Notes under the pieces: generated by a model
What the model saw: the letters and a program-made list of their open reading frames with translations, nothing else
Databases searched by the model: none
What the model was told of the DNA's origin: nothing
Origin: Mizuhopecten yessoensis
Taxonomy: Eukaryota
DNA: 64,000 nt
NCBI RefSeq assembly: GCF_002113885.1
Contig: NW_018408679.1
Location: 420,324-484,323, forward strand
Reading direction: 5' to 3'
Position numbers and translations under genes: made by a program
Part shown: positions 1 through 11,899 of the stretch, piece after piece
Numbering within the stretch: the stretch's first letter is position 1
How the letters are laid out: each line of letters starts with the position of its first letter

Positions 1-387
1 CAATATTAACGATATTTAATAACGAACAATAAGTACGTCCCGATGTCGTATACAACTTATATTACGTAAACTATATCCCTTGGCTCCGTTTGGTCCGAGT
101 TGTTAATTGTCCAGTATTTATTGATCAATTCGTGCAAATGATGAACCGATTGTGTAAATCATAAACGAACCACTGTATATATATATGTTAAGACAGTTTA
201 TGTTCCTACTTTGCTTCATATACCTTTCAATCGTTTTTAATGTTGTTAATAATTTTGTGATTTATATAATCCTCTTAGTAAGGGGATTCCCGATCACCTG
301 TCCTCTAAGCTTTTGATTTCTATTGTATTTAACATAAATGTATTTTATTCATATTTGGGTTTTTTAATCATTACTTATATAATTGTA

Positions 388-1190
388 ACAAGAGGCCCAT
401 GGGCCTTAACGGTCACCTGAGTCTACAGTATTTTTTTTTTTTGTTAAAATATGTACCAATTTGAGTAAAAAATAGTATAATGTTAACTTAAGATCAGCCT
501 ATTAGAATTTAGTAGCAAAATAGCGGCCATGGCACCCAAATTGTATTTCTGATTGACCCTAAAAATAACAACACTTTGTCAGGACCATGAGCTGATTATT
601 CCTACAAAGTTTCAGTTCAATCGGCCTAGCAGAACTTGACTTTAAGTTTGAAATAGTTTTTCAAAATGGCGGCCGTGGCGGCCATATTGGATTTCTGAAC
701 GACCCGAAAAATAACAACACTTTGTCAGGACCATGAGTCTATGGTTCCTACAAACTTTAAGTTCAATCGGTCCAGCAGAACTTCGACTTTAAGTTTGAAA
801 TAGGTTTTCAAAATGGTGGCCGTGGCGGCCATATTGGATTTCTGATTGACCCAAAAAACAACAACACTTTGTCAGGACCATGAGCTGATCAATCCTACAA
901 AGTTTCAGTTCAATCGGCCTAGCAGAACTTGACTTTAAGTTTGAAATAGGTTTTCAAAATGGCGGCCGTGGCGGCCATATTGGATTTCTGATCGACCCGA
1001 AAAATAACAACACTTTGTCAGGACCATGAGGCGATCATTCCTACCAACTTTCAGTTCAATCGGCCCAGCAGAACTTGACTTTAAGTTTGAAATGTAAAAT
1101 GTTAACGGACGACGGACGACGGACGACGGACGACGACGGACGAAAACGGATAGCAATAGGTCACTTGAGCTAAAGCTCAGGTGACCTAAT
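388..1190 (-). mobile_element. Non-autonomous Helentron/HINE (DINE-1-like) element with about 4 internal ~147-bp tandem repeats
   Basis: One end reads ACAAGAGGCCCATGGGCC (palindrome) plus GGTCACCTGAG. The other end is the hairpin AGGTCACTTGAGC-taaa-GCTCAGGTGACCT, preceded by a (GACG)n microsatellite (1105-1143). AACAACACTTTGTCAGGACCATGA recurs every ~147 bp. Confidence 0.8.
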
Positions 1191-1265
1191 TAAATGGAAC
1201 TTTATCTTTCCTGTACTGTCATAAGAATATCCCTTCTGAGTTAATGTTTCATGTTATAATATTTA

Positions 1266-1400
1266 AGGTTTAACTTTCTATTTAGTTTAGGTTATCGGGT
1301 GATAAATAAACGGCAAAGCCGATAAAGATAAATTAATTTACCCAGGTTCCATTGTAGTTATCACCCGATAACCTAAACTGAATAGAAAGTTAATCCTTCT
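1266..1400. mobile_element. Short fold-back (hairpin) element
   Basis: AACTTTCTATTTAGTTTAGGTTATCGGGTGATAA is inverted as TTATCACCCGATAACCTAAACTGAATAGAAAGTT. Confidence 0.65.
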
Positions 1401-2490
1401 ATTTAAAGCCTTTTTTTTTTTACATAAAATGCGTCCTTTTACCGTAACATTCCATTCAAGCCCGATGTGTGATACGGTTACGCTTCACCAACAAAATCGG
1501 CTGCATTTCTTCAACATAAACATCACATCAGTGTGTATGTTCGATCTTAAATTTGTAATCATAACTCTAGCGATAATTCTTACTTCAATCACAGATTAAA
1601 TAAGTCTGTGCTTCAATTGTTTGTGCGGCTAAACCTTATTTCATTGCTCAATCTTCTAATTATGACATCAAGTAACAATGCTTTCCAATGTAAACTTCCA
1701 TTGTGACGTAACAGTTCATTGCCATTTTCCCCAAATCGCAAACAGAAATAATGTATTCCCAAGAGAAACAATTGGTTTTCTAGATATAATATCTGAAAGT
1801 TGTGGGAGAAAAAGGTTCCCAAACTAGTGATGGCTGATTATCATGTTTATGTAACTCTCATCACTTTATTTGCAAATTGAAAAAATTGGAATAAAAATGT
1901 TGGTAAACCAACACAATTATCCGGCAACAGAGAGATCCAACGTCCTACGGACAATGGTCTGTGTTCTGACTGGTACAGGAATCAGAGGTGGATACCACAA
2001 GGTATTCAAACAGAGCTCCATCCAACAGGTAAATCCTACCTTACTGGCCATCATTTTATTCAAATTGTTTAAGAAACTTGAAAACCTATTGTCTTTATAA
2101 ATTTGAAAATTTACTAATTCAAGTTAGATAAACGTGATAAGCATGTGTTGTGGAACCTCTGTGTATCCCACTCCACACACTAAATATAGATAATTAACAG
2201 CAGTGTATACTTTATAGTATGGATGTTTGAATGACAGCTTTCTCATTTCATCAGATTTTATTGACTTTATATATGTCAATTGGATTGGACATCAGGCTAG
2301 GCCTATTTAAGTCCTTTCCAAACTTGTTTACAAACATTACATATATTCTGTCATAACAATCCAATTAAACAGTGCAGGGGAGATAACTTCAATTTAGCTT
2401 GTGAAATGAGTAGTGATGTGTTGAGTGACAGCTTGACCAGTTGTCCACAAGGAAATGGATATGATGATCAAGGAGTTATACTTAGTTACC

Positions 2491-2581
2491 TTAACTCATT
2501 CACCCCTGAAGACACATTTGAACTCTTCGAATTGAAAGGTTGGAATAGTTCATTATAAAATTTCAGGGGTGAATGAGTTAA
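2491..2581. mobile_element. 91-bp TTAA-flanked MITE (copy 1)
   Basis: TTAA-CTCATTCACCCCTGAA ... TTCAGGGGTGAATGAG-TTAA. Related copies at 23266-23356 and 57482-57572. Confidence 0.8.
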
Positions 2582-2672
2582 TGCAGTGCTGAACGCATCA
2601 AAGAAGAAAACGGCTATGTTTCTCATCCCTGTGATAAAAAGATATAGCCCAGGGCTCCTAGCTGTACAATAC

Positions 2673-5600
2673 CTGTAACATAGGATACATCATGGATCTC
2701 AATGGATTGGTGTTCGTTTCCTTCATGAATCTTGTTAATTGCAAATTTGCTCTTGCATCTGAAAGAAAATAGATTGATACATTAACAATAACAAGTCAGC
2801 AGATTTCTGTGAGGCTCTATGCTCCAGAAATACTTGCAGCTTAACCAGCAAATATTCAGGTCGGAATTTAAAAGAAGAATTGTTGGTTTCTTTATTTAAT
2901 ATTCTATCATTTACACTGTCGCTCTTGCTTTGACTTTTTGTAGCTATATCTCTTCATGATATTTTGTGATTTGCTCGAATCACAATAGAGAAGTAAACAA
3001 AACGAAAACAAACTTGCTTTCTGTGTTTGCATACTTTTGTCAAGCTTTGTAATGAACCTATGTGTCAAGAAAGTTGACTGATCAGTTAGATATTTCAGGC
3101 AGATGTTGAAATGATCACTACAATGGACTATACTACTTATTATAAATGGATTGTTGACACAGTCTCAGCAACCAACCTCTTGTTGTGACAAATACCGAGA
3201 AATCAAGATGAGAAAGACAACTAAAACTTCAATCGATATTGTCGGACAATGTCTTTAATATCTATAATAATGATATGTATGAAGTATCCTATTGATTCAA
3301 CATGATTTGCTACTGACAATTACTGACATTTTTCACTTGCTCGGTTGGACAAGTAATAGCGACATTTAACTTGTACACGAGGTAAGACTTGCTCTAGGCA
3401 GTCGGGCATTAGTGCTTATTGTCAAGTCCTGGAGGAGACACATCAGAAGAGGGGATATAGCATGAAAATCTCTCTATCTACGTATGATTACGAAAGACAA
3501 AGACCCAATGTGATAACATTGTGATATTCGTAATGACTTACACTGTTCCATGTTTTTATTTAACTTGGCCTCGGAGAGCTTTTCCTGCAGTTTATCCATC
3601 TTGGGTTTATGGTTCATACTGTTTGCCGTAACCCTTTGAGACAAAACCGCCAATGGGATGGACAGTACTCGTACTAAAATGGTAGCTGCAAATAATAAGA
3701 AAACATTGAATGAAAGCAAATATGATGGCTATACAATACTTGAAACTTTTAACTAGACAAATATAGAAAGCTTTTCGAGAACATACAGATGTGTCTCCTT
3801 TAAATCCTTAATGATGCTTTGCTTTATTTGACCTCTTACCTGAGGTGAAGCTCATGGTGACCTAAATACTGACCAGTGCACACCATCTGTTGGTGATGCA
3901 TCTGCATATTTTATATATAATACTGCAAGTTTCCGTAAGTAATATTTATCGAGTTAGAACTTGTAGCCTGGAGAATATACATGTACCATAAGAAGAATTA
4001 TTATATGACTGGTGCTAATTCCCAGCCCTGATTGGAGGAGCGACGTCATGTGACGAGTCTGTAAATATGTTATAGACCTCTTTCTATGAAAAGAATAGAA
4101 AAGTGTCACAGACTGCTACTAAAAATAGGCCTAGGTAATTTCCCAGCCAGTCTGTAAATCTGTTACAAATTACACTACTGAATTCAACTACAAATGAATT
4201 GTCTGATCAAATTCTGAACTATGTGATGTTATTGATGATGTCGATTGTGCAAATTGTGTTTATTTTAAATTAAATATGACATGATTTGATGAATTGTGTT
4301 TGTTATTTTGTATTTAAGCCCTTCAATCTGTGATTCCAAATTGGTCTATGCAATCCATGTGGTTATGACTTGAAAAATGATTAATCCATTGTAAAATGAC
4401 ATATAATAAAACAATTGTGGACTTCAGTTTCAGTCTATCCCTGATTTAAGGACCTGGTCTAAACAATATTCACAGAGGCCGAATATTGTTCAGATCAGGT
4501 CCGTCAATCAGGGAAAGACCTCACCTGAGGTCTATAATTGTATATTGTGGTTCTGTATCTTTTATGACGCCAGGTCATGATCTAATTTGTTTTTGAAATT
4601 TTAAGCAAAATATTCAAAAAAGATTAGCGCGAAGCAATACATAATATGCCCATCATAATTCAACATACCTGGTACATCAATTAGTCCAATAAAACAGCAT
4701 GGAATGCATGTAGTATTGCATTAAGGAAACCAAGGGTAATAAGTCTATTAATTATGGTAAGATAACTGTGATTACAATCAACCCACTGAATATTACTTTG
4801 ATATTGAGAGGACACCATTTCGGAATTTGAATAAAGGGACATAACTCTGTAACTTAAAGTCAGATAATGGTAGTTATCAAAAACATCTGAGGTCTCGCGG
4901 TAATTCACCTTCTCATGAAGTTTGAAGTTAATCTGTTGAAAATAACTTGAAGTATAAAGTCGACACTGTTTTAGCAATTCATTAAAAGGGGCATATCTCA
5001 GTATATAACTGTCAGATAAATCCTACCTAACTGGCCATAGGCTGTCAGATCAGAGGTAAATTCTACCTTACTGGCCACAGGCTGTCTGATCAGAGGTAAA
5101 TTCAACCTTACTAGCCATAGGCTGTCAGATCAGAGATAAATCCTCCCTTACTGACCATAGGCTGTCAGATCAGAGTTAAATCCTACCTTACTGACCATAG
5201 ACTGTCAGATCAGAGGTAACTTCTACCTTACTTACCAAAGACTGTCAGATCAGAGGTAAATGCTACCTTACTGGCCATAGGCTGTCAGATCAGAAGTAAC
5301 TTCTACCTTACTGGCCATAGGCTGTCAGATAAGAGGTAAATCCTACCTTACTGGCCATAGGCTGTCAGATCAGAAGTAACTTCTACCTTACTGGCCATAG
5401 GCTGCCAGATAAGAGATAAATCCTACCTTACTGACCATAGGCTGTCAGAACAGAGGTAAATTCTACCTTACTGGCCACAGGCTGTCAGATCAGAGGTAAA
5501 TTCTATCTTACTGGCCAAAAGCTGTCAGATCAGAGGTAAATCATACCTTACTGGCCATAGGCTGTCAGATAAGAGGTAAATCATACCTTACTGGCCATAG

Positions 5601-8600
5601 GCTGTCAGATAAGAGGTAAATCCTAACTTACTGGCCATAGGCTGTCAGATCAGAAGTAAATTCTACCTTATTGGCCATAGGCTGTCAGATAAGAGGCAAA
5701 TCCTACCTTACTGGCCATAGGCTGTCAGATCAGAGGTAAATCCTGCCTTACTGGCCATAGGCTGTCAGATCAGAAGTAAATTCTACCTTACTGGCCATAG
5801 GCTGTCAGATAAGAGGTAAATCCTACCTTACTGGCCATAGGCTGTCAGATCAGAGGTAAATCCTACCTTACTGGCCATAGGCTGTCAGATCTGAGATAAA
5901 TTTTACCTTACTGGCCACAGGCTGTCAGATCAGAGGTAAATTCTACCTTACTGACCATAGGCTGTCAGAACAGAGGTAAATTCTACCTTATTGGCCATAG
6001 GCTGTCAGATAAGAGGTAAATCCTTCCTTACTGGCCATAGGCTATCAGATAAGAGGTAAATCCTTCCTTACTGGCCATAGGCTATCAGATAAGAGGTAAA
6101 TCCTTCCTTACTGGCCATAGGCTATCAGATAAGAGGTAAATCATACCTTACTGGCCATAGGTTGTCAGATCAGAAGTAAATTCTCCCTTACTGGCCACAG
6201 GCTGTCAGATCAGAATTAAATTCTACCTTACTGACCATAGGCTGTCAGATCAGAGGTAAATCCTACCTTACTGGCCAAAGGCTGTCAGATCAGAAGTAAA
6301 AAATATCCGGAAAATTGGTCCGCATGCCGTTTTTACTCGTTAGTCACCCAAGTCCCGAAAACGTTTGAATAAAGGTTAGGATTGAGATACAGGCAAGCGT
6401 TAAAATGATTATGACTTATTAGTCTTGTGTACAAATGGCGCTCATTTCAGTACAAATAAGGAATTGGGTGATCGTTATTCCTGTCTGGAACATCGTGGGG
6501 GGATTTTCGGAGGCTTGCTCTATGACGGGTCTCTACACAACTATAAAAAGAAAAGGTAATGTCCACAATGAACGTTTTACAAACTACACAATAAAAAAAA
6601 ATTGCCCTCGTCTCGTTTTTGCCATGTAAAATGAAAAAAAAAATGCCGCCCTGCCACATCTATTTTGAAAAAAATTGGCCTGAGAACCAAGTTATTAATT
6701 TTATTTGGCCTTACTGACCATAGGCTGTCAGATCAGAGGTAAAGTCAACCTTACTGGCCATAGGTTGTCAGATCAGAGGTAAATCCTACCTTACTGACCA
6801 TAGACTGTCAGATCAGAGGTAAATCCTACCTTACTGACCATAGGCCATTAGATCAGAGGTAAATTCTACCTTACTGACCATAAGCTGTCAGATCAGAGGT
6901 AAATTCTACCTTACTGGCCAAAGGCTGTCAGATCAGAGATAAAATTCTACCTTACTGGCCATAGGCCATCATATGCTGTCAGATCAGAGGTTACTGTTAT
7001 TGTTCCAGACATAAGCTGTTGGATTACGAGGTTATTGCTACTTCAGTTTTGAGATCATTACCAATAATGCCTGCAATTTACTTACATACAAGTATTGCTT
7101 CCCACCAGGGCATACCAACACCGACATGAAGAAACTCGAGGCCATGTTGATACAAGCCTGAAGGGGTGTAATTTCCTAGTCCCATACTAGCTAGAGAGGG
7201 TTCTCCGAGTGCATTCACAGTCTGTGACACATCGATAACATCAGGCAGAGATGGTGGCTCCAGTATATAACCAGAAGTGGCCGGGGTTGTCTGCAAAGGA
7301 ACATAACAAATTTTGTATTTGGCATGCATGATGCTGAGACATGATGTTGGAATATGTATGTTAAGACAAAATGTAACTGGACACATCAGGCAACAGCCTG
7401 GTCTGATGTTTCAACAAAACATATTTTGTCCTCGAAACCGACTCAATAATCGCATAACATATTCCATCAGAAAGTGGTTTCTAGATATAATTATCCAATC
7501 TAAGCACACACATTGATAAAGCAACAGGAATAATCAACTCTATGGAAATCTCCATGAGTTATATTTTATACCCCTTGTGTTTACATGAACAAAAATATTT
7601 ATGTCTCTGTAATTTGTTTATCAAAATTTGGAAATTGCACAAATAAGGACCAAGTGGGTCTATGTTTGCTCAACTATATTCTTTTTTAAATTTTATTAGA
7701 AAGAGAAAGTCTTCTCTACTGACTTTTTATATCCTTATACATGTTTCAATTGATGTTGCAGAAAACACTAACAATAGACAGCATATTCATCACAATATCA
7801 AGTGATTGTTGATACATAAAAGCAATGGTTGATATTGCTCTGAACTGTATATTTCTGTATTTGAGGTTAAAGGGGAAAAAACATCAGAGGTCAGGATGAC
7901 TTTATTTTGGTATACCGGTACATGTATGCCACAGTGCATTCTCATTTTGTACCTTCATAAGCAAATTTGATGTCTATACATACATAAAAAAGTTAATGAC
8001 CCAGATATGCTCCGGAAAATGGGGCAAGCAAACACTATAACTCAAGACTTTTTCAATGTGGCAGGGGTTGAAAATAAGTATTTGTGGCCACAAAGAATGT
8101 TTCCCAAGCGACCAAAAATTTAATTGCTAAATCAAAAACTTGCTGGCATAACTTTGTTCTTTTCATCGAAAATAATATGAACAAACATCTAGACACATGA
8201 AAGCAGTTATTGTTAAAGACAACTATCAATGATGCATTTAGGACAATAAGGAAATCTTTTAGACACATCTTGGGGAATTAATTTTTCAGAGAGGTAAAAA
8301 ATTGACTTACATAAATGTTTGAGTGAGAGACATTTAAGCAGGAACATTCTTAAAATCAACATACATTTTACTGGTAGAAATGTACTAGTTTCAAACCCTG
8401 AGCGAGTATGAATACATAGTGTACCTGTGTGGCATCTGTACTATTGTAGCGTTGTCTTTGTGCAGAAAGCACACTCCAGGTTGGTCCCACACCATAACGA
8501 CTGGATATTAGCCCTGCACTTAATGGACTGCTTTGAGTACCTGTGTCATGGAACTTCTTTAAATTTGTTGGATGGAACCATCTTTTCTGTATGGTCTGAA

Positions 8601-11302
8601 ATGTATCAAGTGAAATCTGGATTAACATATCAGAAATTCAGTTTCTTTTGATTTATAATATTCTCTTAAGTTTGATAATTTCTATTGTCACCCATGTAAA
8701 ATACTAGCCGCTTCCTACCGACTCCGCTAAGGAGAATTTCTCTTTAGCTCATTCGGTAGAGCGTAAGACTATATAAAGCAAGCCAGAGTTTGACTCCTGG
8801 CAGAGGCATTGAAAAAATAATTACCTCTGCTAGTCATTGGCACCCATGTAGGGACCGGGAGATTTAATAAAAATACTTAGCAATGCTGATGCTTACAAAG
8901 GAATCGCTACGACACTTGGAAAACTTGGGACAACTTCTTTCCTGGAGGGGGAGTATGTCACTCCGGTTATACAAGCTGCTTCCTACCAACTCAGCTAGGG
9001 AGAATTTCTCTTAAGCTCATTCAGTAAAGCGTAAGACTAGTAAGCCAGAGGTCCCGGATTCGACTCCTGGAGGAGCCATTGAAAAAACAATGACCTCTGT
9101 GTTACACTATAATTTATTAAATATAAATATACAAAATTTGATTTCAACCAAGCTCATATCTCGTGTGTCCGGCTCAGTTTGAACCTCAATTCTAAGTGTG
9201 CATATATTTAGGCATAAATGATTTTCAACCACTGTAGTGCAGTTACCAGGTTACAGTACGATACTCTGATCACTAATGCAACACATATTGCCTGCGCCTT
9301 CTATTAAACAAAATAAAGACTAAGGTCTCTTTCCCGTTTCGGGTTTATCTGTTTTTAATCGTAACATTTTCGTGTTTGAATCCTGGCAGACTTGCAAATG
9401 TTTATGTAGGCCTTGTTATGTTTTCTGAAGGCCTGCCTGTTAGCAGCATCAGAATACTAGGTCCAACCTTTTTTTATAAACAAACAAATCTGGTTGAACC
9501 GGTTGGATCGCGATAAATGAATGCGTCCTAAGTGAAGCATGCACTCCCATACTCAACCTAGCACAAGTGTTCTATCTATATGTTATACTCCACAGAGACC
9601 AAAATGGCTTTAATGTGGAGGTGTTAACAATTGAGCCACGTGCTTCTGCATAAATATGTAAAAGTATGACATAGTCTTCAAATTCCCTACCCTTATATAT
9701 TCACATTACAGTAGGGTAGGGCTGACCTAGTCTGCTAAAACTGACCATAATACAGGTCGTTCCGGCCCCCGAGTTGTTCTGTCCATAGTCGTTCCGACCT
9801 TAGTAGTTCCGGCCCCTACCCGGTCCAGCCCCGTATACTTAGTCGTTCCGGCCTCATATATTATATATATGATTCATATTTATTTGGAATTAAATTTTAA
9901 ATTAAATTTATTTATATAATGGATAATTCATGTTACTTATTCAAATAAATAAAATTAAAAATTGTACATTTGTTGACTTTTCATTTTACATGTTGTCTAA
10001 AACAAAATACACCTGTGTAAATATACGGAGTAAGATTGCTTTTAAAGACACATTACAATCATTCTTTTGTTTATTTTATAACCTCGTGCGTTTGAAACTG
10101 TATGGCTTCTAGAAAACGCTGTGTAAACACCATGCGTGTATAGTCTACCGACGTTTTTACTTTTAGTTGATGAAAGACGTTGAATTTTTTTGTCATCACA
10201 TCTTGTTAAAATCGATCTTCGTCGATCTTCCTAGTGTGAAGATGCAAATTTGTATGATTTCAACTAAACAGACAGTCGGCAACTTGAATAGAATAATTTT
10301 AATACGGATATCGGCATTCCTCCGGGCTGTGTCCAAGCTTTGTGCCCCAGGGTTTCCAGAGAGAAGTGTGTTAATGACAATGGACAAATAGTATTGTGAA
10401 TTAATTGTGATCGAAAATTGTGAAATTTAATATCGGTAATGCTATATATATATGTTATTAATTCATGTTCTGCTACATAATTAATAATGTATGAAAGTTA
10501 AATGTGTTTGGTCTGTCGTAATAATATGTGGACATATGTCATAATCTATTTTCACGAGGTATATTGTACTTTTCTAAACTAAGTTCGTAATTATTAAGAA
10601 ATACTGTAAGCTAACTTATTTGCTATACTGTAAGCTAACTTATTTGCTATTTATTAAATATATGTTGTTATTGTTGATTGCATTAAATATTAAATAATGA
10701 ACAAAATGTATCATGTTTTTTCTCGTCTTTTGATCAATGTATGAATAACTGTTACATCCGAATTTATATAAACATTCGATCCATTCATAAAACATAACAA
10801 TGGTGGATATGTAAAGGAAAACGTAAACACTATATAGAGCCGGAACGAATAAGGGGCCGGAACTGCTAGGGACGGACCGGGTAGGGGCCAGAACTACTAG
10901 GGGGCCGGACCGGGAGAGGCCGGAACGACTTGATACGGACTAGGTGCCCGTGACTGAACCAAACTAGGCAACATATCGTCATATATGTTAAGAAGCCGCT
11001 GGTGGTCTATTTTTTTTCGGACATTATCGCGCGGAGTACGATAGCGCTTGTCAAAAGTATTTCGCCGTGTAACCTCTAACATTGATGGAGTAAGCAACAT
11101 AATTAAAATGTTGATTATAAAGCTATCTGCATCGCATACACTGTAGTTGCCAACAATTAGAAATACGATTGATATAAGTATTTACATTCAATCTACCCTC
11201 TTTCAATGCAGTTTCATTGAAATGCCCAACTGAGCTCTGTCCGCCAAGCAAATTGATCCATTTTGACGTAAAACCGGTACGCACATGCCGGAGAGCCGCC
11301 AT
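2673..11302 (-). CDS. OXA1L: Mitochondrial inner membrane insertase OXA1L, 5' part (gene continues beyond the left edge)
   Basis: Exons 11302-11186 (MAALRHVRTGF..., presequence-like; boundary less certain), 8595-8425, 7290-7086 (LGEPSLASMGLGNYTPSGLYQHGLEFLHVGVGMPWWEAIL), 3685-3542 (TILVRVLSIPL...) and 2758-2673 (FMKETNTNPLRSMMYPMLQ). All introns are GT-AG with matching phases 0,0,1,1,0. Motifs match the Oxa1/YidC family TM1 and coiled-coil region. Confidence 0.9.
4400..4545. mobile_element. Long imperfect hairpin element
   Basis: ~60-bp arms, ACAATTGTGGACTTCAG...AACAATATTC and GAATATTGTT...CTGAGGTCTATAATTGT, around a short loop. Confidence 0.55.
5010..6990. repeat. 40-bp minisatellite (about 32 + 7 copies) interrupted by a transposon fragment
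   Basis: Unit GGCTGTCAGATCAGAGGTAAATCCTACCTTACTGGCCATA at 5010-6300 and 6710-6990, in OXA1L intron 3. Confidence 0.95.
6301..6710. mobile_element. DNA transposon end fragment (Zator-like GGCC/TTA terminus)
   Basis: 6420-6712 aligns with 41385-41682. Both end in ...TTTGGCC-TTA. Confidence 0.6.
8686..9106 (+). mobile_element. TRIM (miniature LTR retrotransposon) with tRNA-derived LTRs, Helenus-like
   Basis: 151-bp LTRs at 8686-8836 and 8956-9106 (TG...CA). PBS TGGCACCCATGTAGGG at 8838, PPT GGAGGGGGAG at 8944-8953, 4-bp TSD CTAT. Each LTR contains an A box (TAGCTCATTCGG) and a B-box-like motif. Confidence 0.88.
9753..10935. mobile_element. Non-autonomous DNA transposon with TIRs built from GTCGTTCCGGCC subrepeats
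   Basis: Left 9753-9860 has GTCGTTCCGGCC repeats; right 10835-10932 has the inverted GGCCGGAACGAC repeats. Interior is AT-rich. Confidence 0.75.
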
Positions 11303-11899
11303 GTTGCTTAAGCTCTCTAAACCATGCTAAGTGCTGTTGTTGTTTAATATGTAGGATTTTATCACTATGTCTTAGAAAGTGTATAACTTAACTAACCTTA
11401 AATAAAATCTTGCATTATATCATATTTATTTGTATCAATCGAAATTAACGCAAATTAGCAAATGATTGGTTTAGAGATTAACTTTAAACAAGAGGCATAT
11501 TTGGCCTGCTTATTCGTGTCGTATTTCAAATGAATTGCCTAGTTATTTTATGTTCAAATTCGGCATCCGCATTTGCAAGCCAATTAGGCTTTTGTCCTGA
11601 AATAACACTATTAAAAAATAAAAGTTCCATCTAGTTTTTCCACATCTTTTATTCCTTGACCGGTTGACATATTGGTGAGATCGGGGCAAACACCCTGATA
11701 GTTTCGTTCTTGAATAAACATTTACAATTTTGAGGATCTTAATTATCAGTTCACTTGACAGGAAGAAACATTCACACAACAATTACTTATAAAAAAGTAC
11801 CGAAATGTCAACAAATAATTCGAACGCTTAATCGTTTAAACTAGGACAAACCATGAACAAAAGAGATATTTACGTGGATACTCTTGAAAAAGTGCAAGG

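Noticed and set aside
1613-2100. Short ORFs as the next OXA1L exon
   Set aside because: They show no similarity to the expected Oxa1 TM2 region; the remaining exons are presumably left of the window.
8738-9080. tRNA-Thr genes
   Set aside because: The anticodon stems are broken and the sequences lie inside the paired LTRs of an element with a TSD.
10167-10391. Transposase remnant inside the 9753-10935 element
   Set aside because: No convincing transposase motif could be read in any frame.
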